The position numbers and the translations under genes are program-made. A stretch of 64,000 nucleotides of DNA. It comes from an uncultured Actinomycetota bacterium (GTDB taxonomy: Bacteria > Actinomycetota > Actinomycetes > Mycobacteriales > Geodermatophilaceae). Location: assembly GCA_963784165.1 (NCBI GenBank), contig CAWAQI010000001.1, positions 381 through 64,380 on the forward strand. Direction: 5' to 3'. Each line of letters begins with the position of its first letter. The stretch's first letter is position 1. Positions 29,686-37,536 of this stretch are shown here, in pieces. The notes under the pieces are model-generated. The model was given only the letters and a program-made list of their open reading frames with translations, made no database searches and was not told where the DNA came from.

Positions 29686-31223
29686 GCGCCCGCGGGCTGC
29701 GGGTGCACGAGGACACCTACCTCGACTCGCTGCTGATCATGTCGACGACAGTGACGATGGACGAGCGGCCGGGCATCAGTTGGGCCGCCGCCGTCATGGC
29801 GAACGGTCGGGGCCTGGCCGATCTGGCGAAGGCGGGCTTCGACGATCTCGGCGGGCTGGGCGCGAACGACCTCGTGCTCGCGGCGGTCGGCGACGACGAC
29901 GAGGCGGTCCAGGCCGCCCTGGACGCCGGCCGGGAGATCGCGTTCGGCGAGCGGCGGGACGGCCGGGCCGGCGCGGCCGAGGCCCCGCCTGCCGATCTCC
30001 GCGAGGCGGTCCGCCGGGAGCCGGACGTGACCGTCGCCGTCGTCTCGGTGGCCGGGGAGTACGCGGCGCTCGAGGCGCACCACGCGCTGACCGAGGGCCT
30101 GCACGTGCTGCTGTTCAGCGACAACGTGCCGGTCGAGGAGGAGGTCGAGCTCAAGGAGCGCGCGAACCGGCTCGGCCGGCTGGTCATGGGGCCGGGCGCC
30201 GGCACGGCCGTGCTGGGCGGCACCGGTCTCGGCTTCGCCAACGTCCTCGACGGCGGCCGCTCGGGTCGAGGCGTGGGTGTCGTGGCCGCCGCGGGCACGG
30301 GGGCCCAGGAGGTGTCGGCGCTGCTCGACCGCTGGGGGGTGCGGGTGACCTCGGTGATCGGTGTCGGCGGGCGCGACCTCACCGCGGCGGTCGAGGGCCG
30401 CATGGCGCGGTCGGCCGTGCGCGCGCTGGTCGACGACGACGAGGCCGACGTCGTACTGCTGGTGTCCAAGCCGCCGGACCCGGCCGTCGCCGAGACGGTG
30501 CTGGGGGAGTGCGGGAGGACGCCGGCGGTCGCGGTGTTCCTCGGGCTGGACGGCATCGAGCCGCGAGAGGACGTGCGCCTGGTGCCGACCCTCGAGGCCG
30601 GGGTCCGGGCCGCCGCCGAGCTCGCTGGCGGGGGACCGCCACCGGCGGGCACCGGCCTGGCTCCGCGGGTCCACGAGGCGATCGGCCGCCTGGAGGAGGG
30701 CCGGACGGCGGTGCGCGGGCTCTTCTCCGGCGGCACCCTCTGCTACGAGGCCCAGTACGTGCTCGAGCGCGCGGGCGTGCCGGCGTGGTCGAACGAGCCG
30801 CTGCGCGCCGACCACGGGTTACCGGCTCCCGAGGGGTCCTCCGTGCTGCTCGACCTCGGCGCCGAGGAGTACACCCGGGGCCGGCCGCACCCGATGATCG
30901 ACGGGTCGAAGCGGCTGGAGCTGCTGCGCGAGGCCGGCGGGGACCCGTCGGTGGCGGTGGTGCTGCTCGACGTCGTCCTCGGGCACGGCGCGCACGCCGA
31001 CCCGGCCGGCCAGCTCGCGCCGGTGTGCGCCGACGTGATGGCCGACGGCGGTCCGCAGGTGGTCGCCTACGTGCTGGGCACCGAGCGGGACCCGCAGGGC
31101 TACTCCGCGCAGCGCGAGGTGCTGGAGAAGGCCGGCTGCCTCGTGCCGGAGACCAACGCGGCCGCCGCGCGCGTCGCCGCGGCCCTGGCGACCCGCCGCC
31201 CCGACGCGCTGGACGAGCCGTGA
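29682..31223 (+). CDS. fdrA: FdrA/AllF family protein (acyl-CoA synthetase alpha-like)
   Basis: YLDSL.IM, SVAGEYA..EA..AL, FSDNV..E.E..LK, MGP, IGVGGRDL, SKPP, GLFSGGTLC.EA, DLG...YT.GRPHPMID, LLDVVLG.G.H.DP. Confidence 0.9.
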   Translation: MSARGLRVHEDTYLDSLLIMSTTVTMDERPGISWAAAVMANGRGLADLAKAGFDDLGGLGANDLVLAAVGDDDEAVQAALDAGREIAFGERRDGRAGAAEAPPADLREAVRREPDVTVAVVSVAGEYAALEAHHALTEGLHVLLFSDNVPVEEEVELKERANRLGRLVMGPGAGTAVLGGTGLGFANVLDGGRSGRGVGVVAAAGTGAQEVSALLDRWGVRVTSVIGVGGRDLTAAVEGRMARSAVRALVDDDEADVVLLVSKPPDPAVAETVLGECGRTPAVAVFLGLDGIEPREDVRLVPTLEAGVRAAAELAGGGPPPAGTGLAPRVHEAIGRLEEGRTAVRGLFSGGTLCYEAQYVLERAGVPAWSNEPLRADHGLPAPEGSSVLLDLGAEEYTRGRPHPMIDGSKRLELLREAGGDPSVAVVLLDVVLGHGAHADPAGQLAPVCADVMADGGPQVVAYVLGTERDPQGYSAQREVLEKAGCLVPETNAAAARVAAALATRRPDALDEP

Positions 31224-32389
31224 CGCACCGGCCCGTCGCGCTGCTCACCTACTCCACCAAGCCGCGCGGCGGGGTCGTGCACACCCTCGCCCTGGCCGAG
31301 GCGCTGCAGGACGCCGGCGTGCCGGTGCGGGTGGTCGCGCTCGGCGACCCGCGCGGCGGGTTCTTCCGGCCGGTGCGGGTGCCGGTCACCCTGACGCCCG
31401 GCCCGCCCGGTGACCTGGACCTGGAGTCGAAGGTCGCCGGCAGCATCGACCGGCTGGAGCGGGTGCTGCACGAGGTCGTGACGGCGGCGCCGGACGTCGT
31501 CCTGCACGCGCAGGACTGCATCAGCGCGCGGGCCGCGGCGCGGGTCCGCGACGCCGGCGCCCGGGTGCCCGTCGTCCGCACCGTGCACCACGTCGACGAC
31601 TTCTCCAGCCGGGTGCTCATGGACTGCCAGCGGGCGGCCATCCTGGAGCCGGACGTCGTGCTCGCGGTCACCGACGTGTGGCGCGGCATCCTGGCGGCCG
31701 ACCACGGCGTGGACGCCGGCGTCGTGCCCAACGGGGTCGACGTTCCCCGGTTCGCGAGCGGGTCGGCGCGCCGCGCGGCCGAGCTGCGGGGCTCCGTGGG
31801 GGCGGCCCGGCGTCCGCTGGTGCTGGCCGTCGGTGGGCTGGAACCGCGCAAGGGGAGCGACTCGCTGGTGCGCGCGCTGTCCGCCGTCCGCCGGCGTTCG
31901 GGGCTCTCCCCGGTGCTCGCCGTCGTCGGAGGGCACTCCTTCCAGGACTACCGCGCGTACCACGACGCGGTCCTGGCCGAGCTGCCGTCGCTCGGCCTCC
32001 GGCTCGGCCGCGACGTGATCGAGGTCGGCACCGTGCCCGACGACGACATGCCCTCCTGGTACCGGGCGGCCGACGTGCTCGCCTTCCCCTCGGTCAAGGA
32101 GGGCTTCGGGCTGGCCGTGCTCGAGGCGATGAGCGCCGGGGTGCCGGTGGTCACCAGCGACCTGCCGGTGTTCCGCGAGTACCTGGAGCCCGGTCGCGAC
32201 GCGCTGCTCGTGCCGGTCGGCGACGTCGACGGGCTGGCGTCCGCGCTGCTCGCCGTCCTCACCGACGGCCTCCTGCGCGACCGGCTGGCCGTGGCCGGGC
32301 ACCGGCTCGTGCAGCGGTTCACCTGGGCCGAGAGCGCCCGCCGCCACCTCGCCGTCTACGCGGCCCTCGACCGCACTCCGGCTCGCTGA
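31220..32389 (+). CDS. GT4 glycosyltransferase, MSMEG_0565 family
   Basis: LLTYSTKPRGGVVH.L.LAEAL, HAQDCIS, RTVHHVDDF, GGLEPRKGS, FPSVKEGFGL..LEAM. Confidence 0.92.
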   Translation: MTHRPVALLTYSTKPRGGVVHTLALAEALQDAGVPVRVVALGDPRGGFFRPVRVPVTLTPGPPGDLDLESKVAGSIDRLERVLHEVVTAAPDVVLHAQDCISARAAARVRDAGARVPVVRTVHHVDDFSSRVLMDCQRAAILEPDVVLAVTDVWRGILAADHGVDAGVVPNGVDVPRFASGSARRAAELRGSVGAARRPLVLAVGGLEPRKGSDSLVRALSAVRRRSGLSPVLAVVGGHSFQDYRAYHDAVLAELPSLGLRLGRDVIEVGTVPDDDMPSWYRAADVLAFPSVKEGFGLAVLEAMSAGVPVVTSDLPVFREYLEPGRDALLVPVGDVDGLASALLAVLTDGLLRDRLAVAGHRLVQRFTWAESARRHLAVYAALDRTPAR

Positions 32390-32396
32390 GGTGCTG

Positions 32397-32457
32397 GAAC
32401 GGCCCTCCTGCAGGGCTCGCGCGAGCGAGCGAGTGGTGGGGGGCAGGAGGGTCCTCT
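32397..32457 (-). repeat. REP-like intergenic hairpin element, copy A
   Basis: Minus strand reads AGAGGACCCTCCTGC...GCAGGAGGGCCGTTC; same ends and nested stem as copy B at 35367. Confidence 0.6.
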
Positions 32458-33007
32458 ACTGGGGGCGCAGCGCCATCCAGAGGGCGACGGCGTCCTCGCT
32501 GCCCGGGTTGCGCCAGGCGTGCGGTTGCACGGTGCGGAAGTGCAGCGAGTCGCCCGGGTGCAGCGTGTAGACCTGCCCGTTCACGGTGAACTCGAGGCTG
32601 CCCTCGAGCAGGTGGACCAGTTCCTCACCGGGGTGCTCCAGCGGGCGGTCGCCGCTGCTCGCGCCGGGTACCACCGTCGCCCGCGCACCGGCGAGGTAGA
32701 AGCGCCCGTACGGGCCGCTGATGCCGGCCAGGTCGATCCCGGTGTGCGACGTCAGCAGCGGCCGCTGGTCGCCGTCCTTGACGAACACCGTCGGGCTGGA
32801 CACGACCTCCTCCTCGTCGACGAAGTACGAGACGGGCCGGCCCAGCGCGCCGGCCACCTTGAGCAGCGTGGTGATGGTCGGCACCATGCCGCTCTGCTCG
32901 ATCTTGTGGATGGCGGCGGCCGAGACGTCGGCGCGCACCGCGAGCTGCTGCAGCGAGAGGCCCGCCTGCTTGCGCAGCGCCCGGAGCTTCGGTCCGATGC
33001 CGGACAC
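32456..33007 (-). CDS. XRE-family HTH + cupin transcriptional regulator (PuuR-like); likely regulator of the cluster
   Basis: IGPKLRALRKQAGLSLQQLA...IHKIE...PTI.TL.K; cupin HPGEE...LEG...GDSLHF...PH.W.N. Confidence 0.9.
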   Translation of the reverse strand: MSGIGPKLRALRKQAGLSLQQLAVRADVSAAAIHKIEQSGMVPTITTLLKVAGALGRPVSYFVDEEEVVSSPTVFVKDGDQRPLLTSHTGIDLAGISGPYGRFYLAGARATVVPGASSGDRPLEHPGEELVHLLEGSLEFTVNGQVYTLHPGDSLHFRTVQPHAWRNPGSEDAVALWMALRPQ

Positions 33008-33104
33008 GATGCGGGCTGAGGTCCTCGGTCATCGGCGGAGCCTTTCGGGAAAGCCGGGGGAGCGACGAGCCGACGAAGACTGTGACCGCCGCCACCGGAG
33101 GGCC

Positions 33105-33162
33105 TTGACGCGGGCGCGACCCCGTCACCACGATAGTGGACGTCTCGTTCTCCATGCTGAAC
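33105..33162 (+). promoter_or_regulatory. Promoter candidate (TTGACG -35) with two operator-like sites (CACCACGATAGTGGAC; GTTCTCCATGCTGAAC)
   Basis: Divergent gap between the regulator and the flavoprotein/NHase operon; both sites fit GTTCAC-N4-GTGAAC with mismatches. Confidence 0.55.
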
Positions 33163-33199
33163 GCCGGCGCGGGGGACCACCCCGACGAAGGAGGCCCTC

Positions 33200-34537
33200 G
33201 TGGCCCGACGGATCGTCATCATCGGCGGCGGTGCCGCCGGTATCGGGGCGGCCGGGGCGGCCCGGGGCACCGATCGGGACGCCGAGGTCACGGTCTACAC
33301 CGAGTACGAGGACGCCGCCTACAGCCCCTGCGGGATCCCCTACGTGCACGGCAAGGAGATCCCCGACTTCGAGCGGCTGTTCCTCGGCACGAAGCAGCAG
33401 TACGCCGACCAGGGCATCGACATCCGCTACTCGACCGCGGTCCGGTCGATCGACACCCGCGGCAGGAACGTCCGCGTCGGCGACGGCCCGCCGGTGCCCT
33501 ACGACTCCCTGGTCGTCGCGACCGGCTGGGACTACCGCCGGCCGGGCATCCCGGGCGCCGACCTCGCCGGCATCTACTACATGAAGAACATCCGCGAGGC
33601 CATGCAGTGGGACAAGGCCCTCGACGACGTCCGCAGCGCCGTCGTCCTCGAGGCACAGCCGCTCGGCATGGAGATGGTCACCGCGCTGGCCCACCGCGGC
33701 ATCGAGACCCACCTCGTCGACCCCAGCCCCTGGGCCATGTCGATGGCCACCGACCCGGACATCGTCGCGCCGGTCCAGGAGTCGTGGGAGGAGATGGGCG
33801 CGCAGTTGCACTTCAACACCAAGCTCGAGGCGATCCTCGGCGACGAGAACGGCACGGTGCGTGGCGTCGTCACCTCCGGCGGCGAGATCGCTTGCCAGCT
33901 GGTGGTGATCTGCACGCACAAGGAACCGCGCACCGACCTGGGTGTGGCCGCCGGCCTGAAGACCGGCTCGGCGGGCGGGTTCGTGGTCGACGAGACGATG
34001 GCGACGTCGGTACCCGGCGTCTGGGCGGCCGGTGACTGCGCGGAGATCCCGCACGGGGTCAGCAACGTGCCGATCCAGGGGCTGTCGGGCAGTCACGCCT
34101 ACGCGCAGGGCAAGGCGGCCGGCGTCAACGCCGCCGGAGGGACACGGGCCTACTCCCCGGTCTACGTTCCCTGGGCCCTGGTCGCCGGCAAGTGGATGAT
34201 CGGCGGCGTCTCGTTCAGCGAGACCCTGGCCACCGCGCTCGGGATCCCCTTCGTGGTCGGCCAGGCGCAGGGCATCTCCCGGGCCCGCTACTACCCCGAC
34301 GTCAAGCCGGTGAAGGTCAAGCTGCTCGCGGAGCCGAGGACGCTCAAGCTGATCGGCGTCCAGATGGTCGGCGGCGAGGGGATCAAGGAGCGGGCCGACT
34401 TCCTCGCCATGGCGGTGCGCAAGGGCATCACGGTGCGCGACCTGGCGACGATGGAGAACGTCTACTCCCCGCCGATCGGCGCGCTGAACGAGCCGATCGC
34501 GCTGGCCGCCCAGGATCTGCTGGCCCGGCTGGCATGA
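33200..34537 (+). CDS. CoA-disulfide reductase/NADH oxidase family flavoprotein with a degenerate NAD(P)H-binding motif
   Basis: FAD motif IIGGGAAG, redox Cys YSPCGIPY, ATG, VWAAGD, C-terminal YSPP; the second Rossmann motif reads VVLEAQPLGME. Confidence 0.85.
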   Translation: MARRIVIIGGGAAGIGAAGAARGTDRDAEVTVYTEYEDAAYSPCGIPYVHGKEIPDFERLFLGTKQQYADQGIDIRYSTAVRSIDTRGRNVRVGDGPPVPYDSLVVATGWDYRRPGIPGADLAGIYYMKNIREAMQWDKALDDVRSAVVLEAQPLGMEMVTALAHRGIETHLVDPSPWAMSMATDPDIVAPVQESWEEMGAQLHFNTKLEAILGDENGTVRGVVTSGGEIACQLVVICTHKEPRTDLGVAAGLKTGSAGGFVVDETMATSVPGVWAAGDCAEIPHGVSNVPIQGLSGSHAYAQGKAAGVNAAGGTRAYSPVYVPWALVAGKWMIGGVSFSETLATALGIPFVVGQAQGISRARYYPDVKPVKVKLLAEPRTLKLIGVQMVGGEGIKERADFLAMAVRKGITVRDLATMENVYSPPIGALNEPIALAAQDLLARLA

Positions 34538-34788
34538 GCTTCGCCCGGTGGCTGCGTGCGCGGTCAGAGCAGCAGCTCATGGCCGCCGCCGAGCGGCAGG
34601 TCGCCGAGCGCTACGGGCTGCCGGCGCCCCCGCCGCCGCGCGGCGTCGACGTCTTCTGGCAGCGGGTCTACGTGCCCGCCTACAACCGGCTGCCGTGGCG
34701 GCTCCGGGCCGTCGTCATGAAGGCGCTGCCCGGCAGTCACCGGCGGACCTGGCACCGACCCGAGGAGGCACAGGGCCCGGCCGTCTGA
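34534..34788 (+). CDS. Small uncharacterised protein (84 aa) coupled to the flavoprotein
   Basis: ATGA overlap; Trp/Arg-rich FWQRVYVPAYNRLPW.LR...LPGSHRRTW. Confidence 0.65.
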   Translation: MSFARWLRARSEQQLMAAAERQVAERYGLPAPPPPRGVDVFWQRVYVPAYNRLPWRLRAVVMKALPGSHRRTWHRPEEAQGPAV

Positions 34789-34872
34789 CCCGCGGTCAGC
34801 ACCGGCAGCACCACCGGAACGGCACGGCAAGGAACCGATCGAGGCAGGCAACCCCGACGAAGGAGAACCCAC

Positions 34873-35364
34873 ATGAGCACCAAGACCGTCGACATCCCCA
34901 AGGTCCAGGAGGGTGACGTCCTCTACGACACCGAGGAGAAGGTGTTCCCCGACATCCAGGCCGAGCCGGGACAGAAGGCGTTCGTCTTCATCCACACGGT
35001 CCCGTTCGAGGGCTCCGTCGCGCTGGTCAACCTCAAGACCTCGACCCGCCTCGTACGCAAGGGCTTCGAGGTGCACATCGTCCTGTACGGCCCCGGGGTG
35101 CTGCTCGCCTCCGGCAGCCGCGGCTACCCGAAGGTCGGCGCCGAGGGCTTCCCGGGCAACCTGGCGGTCAACGACCAGCTCAAGACGCTGATGAACGAGG
35201 GCGCCAAGATCTACGCCTGCCGCTTCGCGATGGGTGCCCTCTACGGCTTCCGCGAGGACGACCTCATCCCCGGCGTCAAGGCCTTCAACCCGCTCGACGT
35301 CCTGGACTCCGCCCTCTACGCGTGGCAGGAGAAGGCGTTCCAGCTCAACACCTGGACGGTCTGA
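34873..35364 (+). CDS. MSMEG_0572/Sll0783 family DsrE-like nitrogen-starvation protein
   Basis: EEKVFPD..AEPG.KA....[11 protein letters not shown]...TRL.RKGFE...LYGPGV, G.P..G.E.FPG, YACRFA..ALYG, terminal TWTV; AAGGAG RBS. Confidence 0.95.
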   Translation: MSTKTVDIPKVQEGDVLYDTEEKVFPDIQAEPGQKAFVFIHTVPFEGSVALVNLKTSTRLVRKGFEVHIVLYGPGVLLASGSRGYPKVGAEGFPGNLAVNDQLKTLMNEGAKIYACRFAMGALYGFREDDLIPGVKAFNPLDVLDSALYAWQEKAFQLNTWTV

Positions 35365-35366
35365 GA

Positions 35367-35426
35367 AGAGGACCCCGTCCGCCCCGCCCCTCGCGAGCTC
35401 GGGGCGGGGCCTGGACGGGCCCGTTC
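35367..35426 (+). repeat. REP-like intergenic hairpin element, copy B
   Basis: AGAGGACCCCGTCCGCCCCGCCCCTCGCGAGCTCGGGGCGGGGCCTGGACGGGCCCGTTC: a nested stem with the same ends as copy A. Confidence 0.6.
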
Positions 35427-35438
35427 GAGAGGAGCGGC

Positions 35439-36104
35439 ATGGAGGGCGTGCACGACATGGGCGGCCGCGACCGGTTCTTCCGGCCGCTGAAGCCGATCGA
35501 TCCGGACGAGCCGGCGTTCCGCGAACCGTGGGAGGGCAAGGCATTCGCCCTCGCGCTGCTGGCCAACCGGGTGGCGGGCACGAACCTGCACGCCTTCCGG
35601 CACGCCATCGAGCGGGTGCCCGAGCCCGAGTACCTGTCCGGCTACTACGAGCGGTGGCTGGCGAGCGCGGAGATCCTGCTGCTCGACAGCGCGATCCTCG
35701 CCCCGGGCGCCGTGGAGGCCCGCGCCCGTTCCATGCGCGGCGAGGACGTCGAGGAACCGGCCGTGCCGGAGCCGCACAAGCCGGCCATGCCCAGTGGTGG
35801 GGCGGGCAACCTGCGGCAGGTGGACGCGGCGCCGGCCTTCGCCGTCGGAGACCGGGTGCGGACCTCGACCGGCACCCCCACCGACCACACCCGGCTCCCG
35901 GCCTACGCCCGTGGCAAGGAGGGCACCGTCCGAGCCCTGCGGCCGGGCCAGGTCTTCCCGGACACGGCGGCCCACTTCCAGGGCGAGAACCCGCAACACG
36001 TCTACGAGGTCGCATTCACCTCCGACCAGCTGTGGGGCGCCGACGCGGAGCCGGCGACGGTGACCCTGGATCTCTACGAGAGCTACCTGGAGAAGGCGTC
36101 ATGA
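35439..36104 (+). CDS. nthB: Nitrile hydratase subunit beta
   Basis: M.GVHDMGG, F...[36 protein letters not shown]....[11 protein letters not shown]. Confidence 0.93.
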   Translation: MEGVHDMGGRDRFFRPLKPIDPDEPAFREPWEGKAFALALLANRVAGTNLHAFRHAIERVPEPEYLSGYYERWLASAEILLLDSAILAPGAVEARARSMRGEDVEEPAVPEPHKPAMPSGGAGNLRQVDAAPAFAVGDRVRTSTGTPTDHTRLPAYARGKEGTVRALRPGQVFPDTAAHFQGENPQHVYEVAFTSDQLWGADAEPATVTLDLYESYLEKAS

Positions 36105-36703
36105 CCGACGTGGCCGACACCGTCGAGCCGGCCATCGAGCCGGCGTTGCGGGCGGAGGCGCTCGAGTCGCTGCTGCTCGAGCGCGGTCTCGTCGACACGC
36201 AGACGATCGAGACCTTCATCCGCACCTACGAGACCTCGGTCGGCCCGATGAACGGGGCGAAGGTCGTCGCGAAGGCGTGGACCGACCCCGACTACAAGCA
36301 ACGGCTGCTGTCCGACGGCACCGCGGCGATCGCCGAGCTGGGCTTCAAGGGCCCGCAGGGCGAGCACATGGTCGTGGTCGAGAACTCCCCGACGGTGCAC
36401 CACGTCGTCGTCTGCACGCTGTGCTCCTGCTACCCGTGGCCGGTGCTCGGGCTGCCGCCGTCCTGGTACAAGGACCCGGCCTACCGCGCTCGCGTGGTCA
36501 AGGAGCCGCGGGCGGTGCTCGCGGAGTGGGGCACCGAGCTGCCTGCGGACGTCGAGGTGCAGGTGCACGACTCCAGTTCCGAGGTGCGCTACCTCGTGCT
36601 GCCCGAACGCCCGCCCGGCACCGAGTCCATGAGCGAGGACGAGCTCGCCGGGCTGGTGACGCGCGACGCGATGGTCGGCGTCCGGAAGGTGCGGTCGCCG
36701 TGA
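36101..36703 (+). CDS. nthA: Cobalt-type nitrile hydratase subunit alpha
   Basis: [16 protein letters not shown], metal site VCTLCSCYP (Thr/Tyr pattern of Co-type enzymes), LGLPP.WYK, RYLVLP.RP.GT. Confidence 0.96.
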   Translation: MTDVADTVEPAIEPALRAEALESLLLERGLVDTQTIETFIRTYETSVGPMNGAKVVAKAWTDPDYKQRLLSDGTAAIAELGFKGPQGEHMVVVENSPTVHHVVVCTLCSCYPWPVLGLPPSWYKDPAYRARVVKEPRAVLAEWGTELPADVEVQVHDSSSEVRYLVLPERPPGTESMSEDELAGLVTRDAMVGVRKVRSP

Positions 36704-37068
36704 GCGCGCCGACCCTCCAGCTCGACGTCGACGGGCCGGCCGCACCGCCCCGGTCGAACGGCGAACTGGTCTTCGCGGAGCCGTGGGAGGGCCGGGCCTT
36801 CGGACTGACCATGGCCCTCGTGCACGGCGGGGTACTCGACTACGAGACCTTCCGGACGGCGCTGATCGAGCGGATCGAGGCATGGGAGTCCTCCGCTCCG
36901 CCGGGCGAGCGGTTCCGCTACTACGGGTGCTGGCTGGCTGCCCTCGAGCAGGTGCTGGGGAGGGCCGGGCTGATCTCGGAGAGCGCGGTGATCGAGCGAT
37001 CGGTGCAGTTCAGGGCGCGCCCCACCGGCCACGACCACCGGCACGACGACCACGACCACACCCACTGA
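36700..37068 (+). CDS. Nitrile hydratase accessory/activator protein (P14K-like) with His-rich tail
   Basis: [26 protein letters not shown]-terminal [13 protein letters not shown]. Confidence 0.9.
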   Translation: MSAPTLQLDVDGPAAPPRSNGELVFAEPWEGRAFGLTMALVHGGVLDYETFRTALIERIEAWESSAPPGERFRYYGCWLAALEQVLGRAGLISESAVIERSVQFRARPTGHDHRHDDHDHTH

Positions 37069-37078
37069 CCTCCGGGCG

Positions 37079-37492
37079 ATGGCCGGCTCGAAGGACGGCA
37101 CCACCAACACCGCGGTGGCCACGTGGCGTGGCGGGTGGCTGTGCTCGGTGGACGCCGGGGGCTTCCCGCTGACCGTCGACGAGCCTCCGTCGGCCGGCGG
37201 GACCGGGCGCGGGCCGATGCCCACCGACCTGCTGCTGGCCTCGCTGTCGTCGTGCTACGCGCTGGCGCTGGCCTGGGCCGCTCGCAAGCGGGGGATCGAA
37301 CTTCCCGACCTCGTCGTCGCCGCGACCGGCACCTACGACGGGCAGAGCTTCGGCGCGCTCGAACTGACGGTGCGGACCAGCCTGCCCCTCGAGGAGATCG
37401 AGCCGCTGCTGGAGCCGGCGAAACGGGTCTGCTACGTCTCCAACACCCTCGTGGACCCGCCCGATATCGACGTCGTCGTCCAGCGGGACTAG
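37079..37492 (+). CDS. OsmC-like family protein
   Basis: VDEP...GG...GP.P.DLLLASL.SC ... C.VSNTL two-Cys pattern. Confidence 0.88.
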   Translation: MAGSKDGTTNTAVATWRGGWLCSVDAGGFPLTVDEPPSAGGTGRGPMPTDLLLASLSSCYALALAWAARKRGIELPDLVVAATGTYDGQSFGALELTVRTSLPLEEIEPLLEPAKRVCYVSNTLVDPPDIDVVVQRD

Positions 37493-37536
37493 GCAGGGTC
37501 CGCCCGCCCGCGCTCGTCAGGAGCCTCGTGCCCGAC

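Noticed and set aside
35439-36703. Thiocyanate hydrolase, or an NHLP-type RiPP precursor for the radical SAM enzyme
   Set aside because: Beta is a single full-length subunit and alpha keeps the complete CTLCSC metal site, with a P14K chaperone and cobalt transporter; this is a standard Co-NHase layout. Substrate range is still untested.
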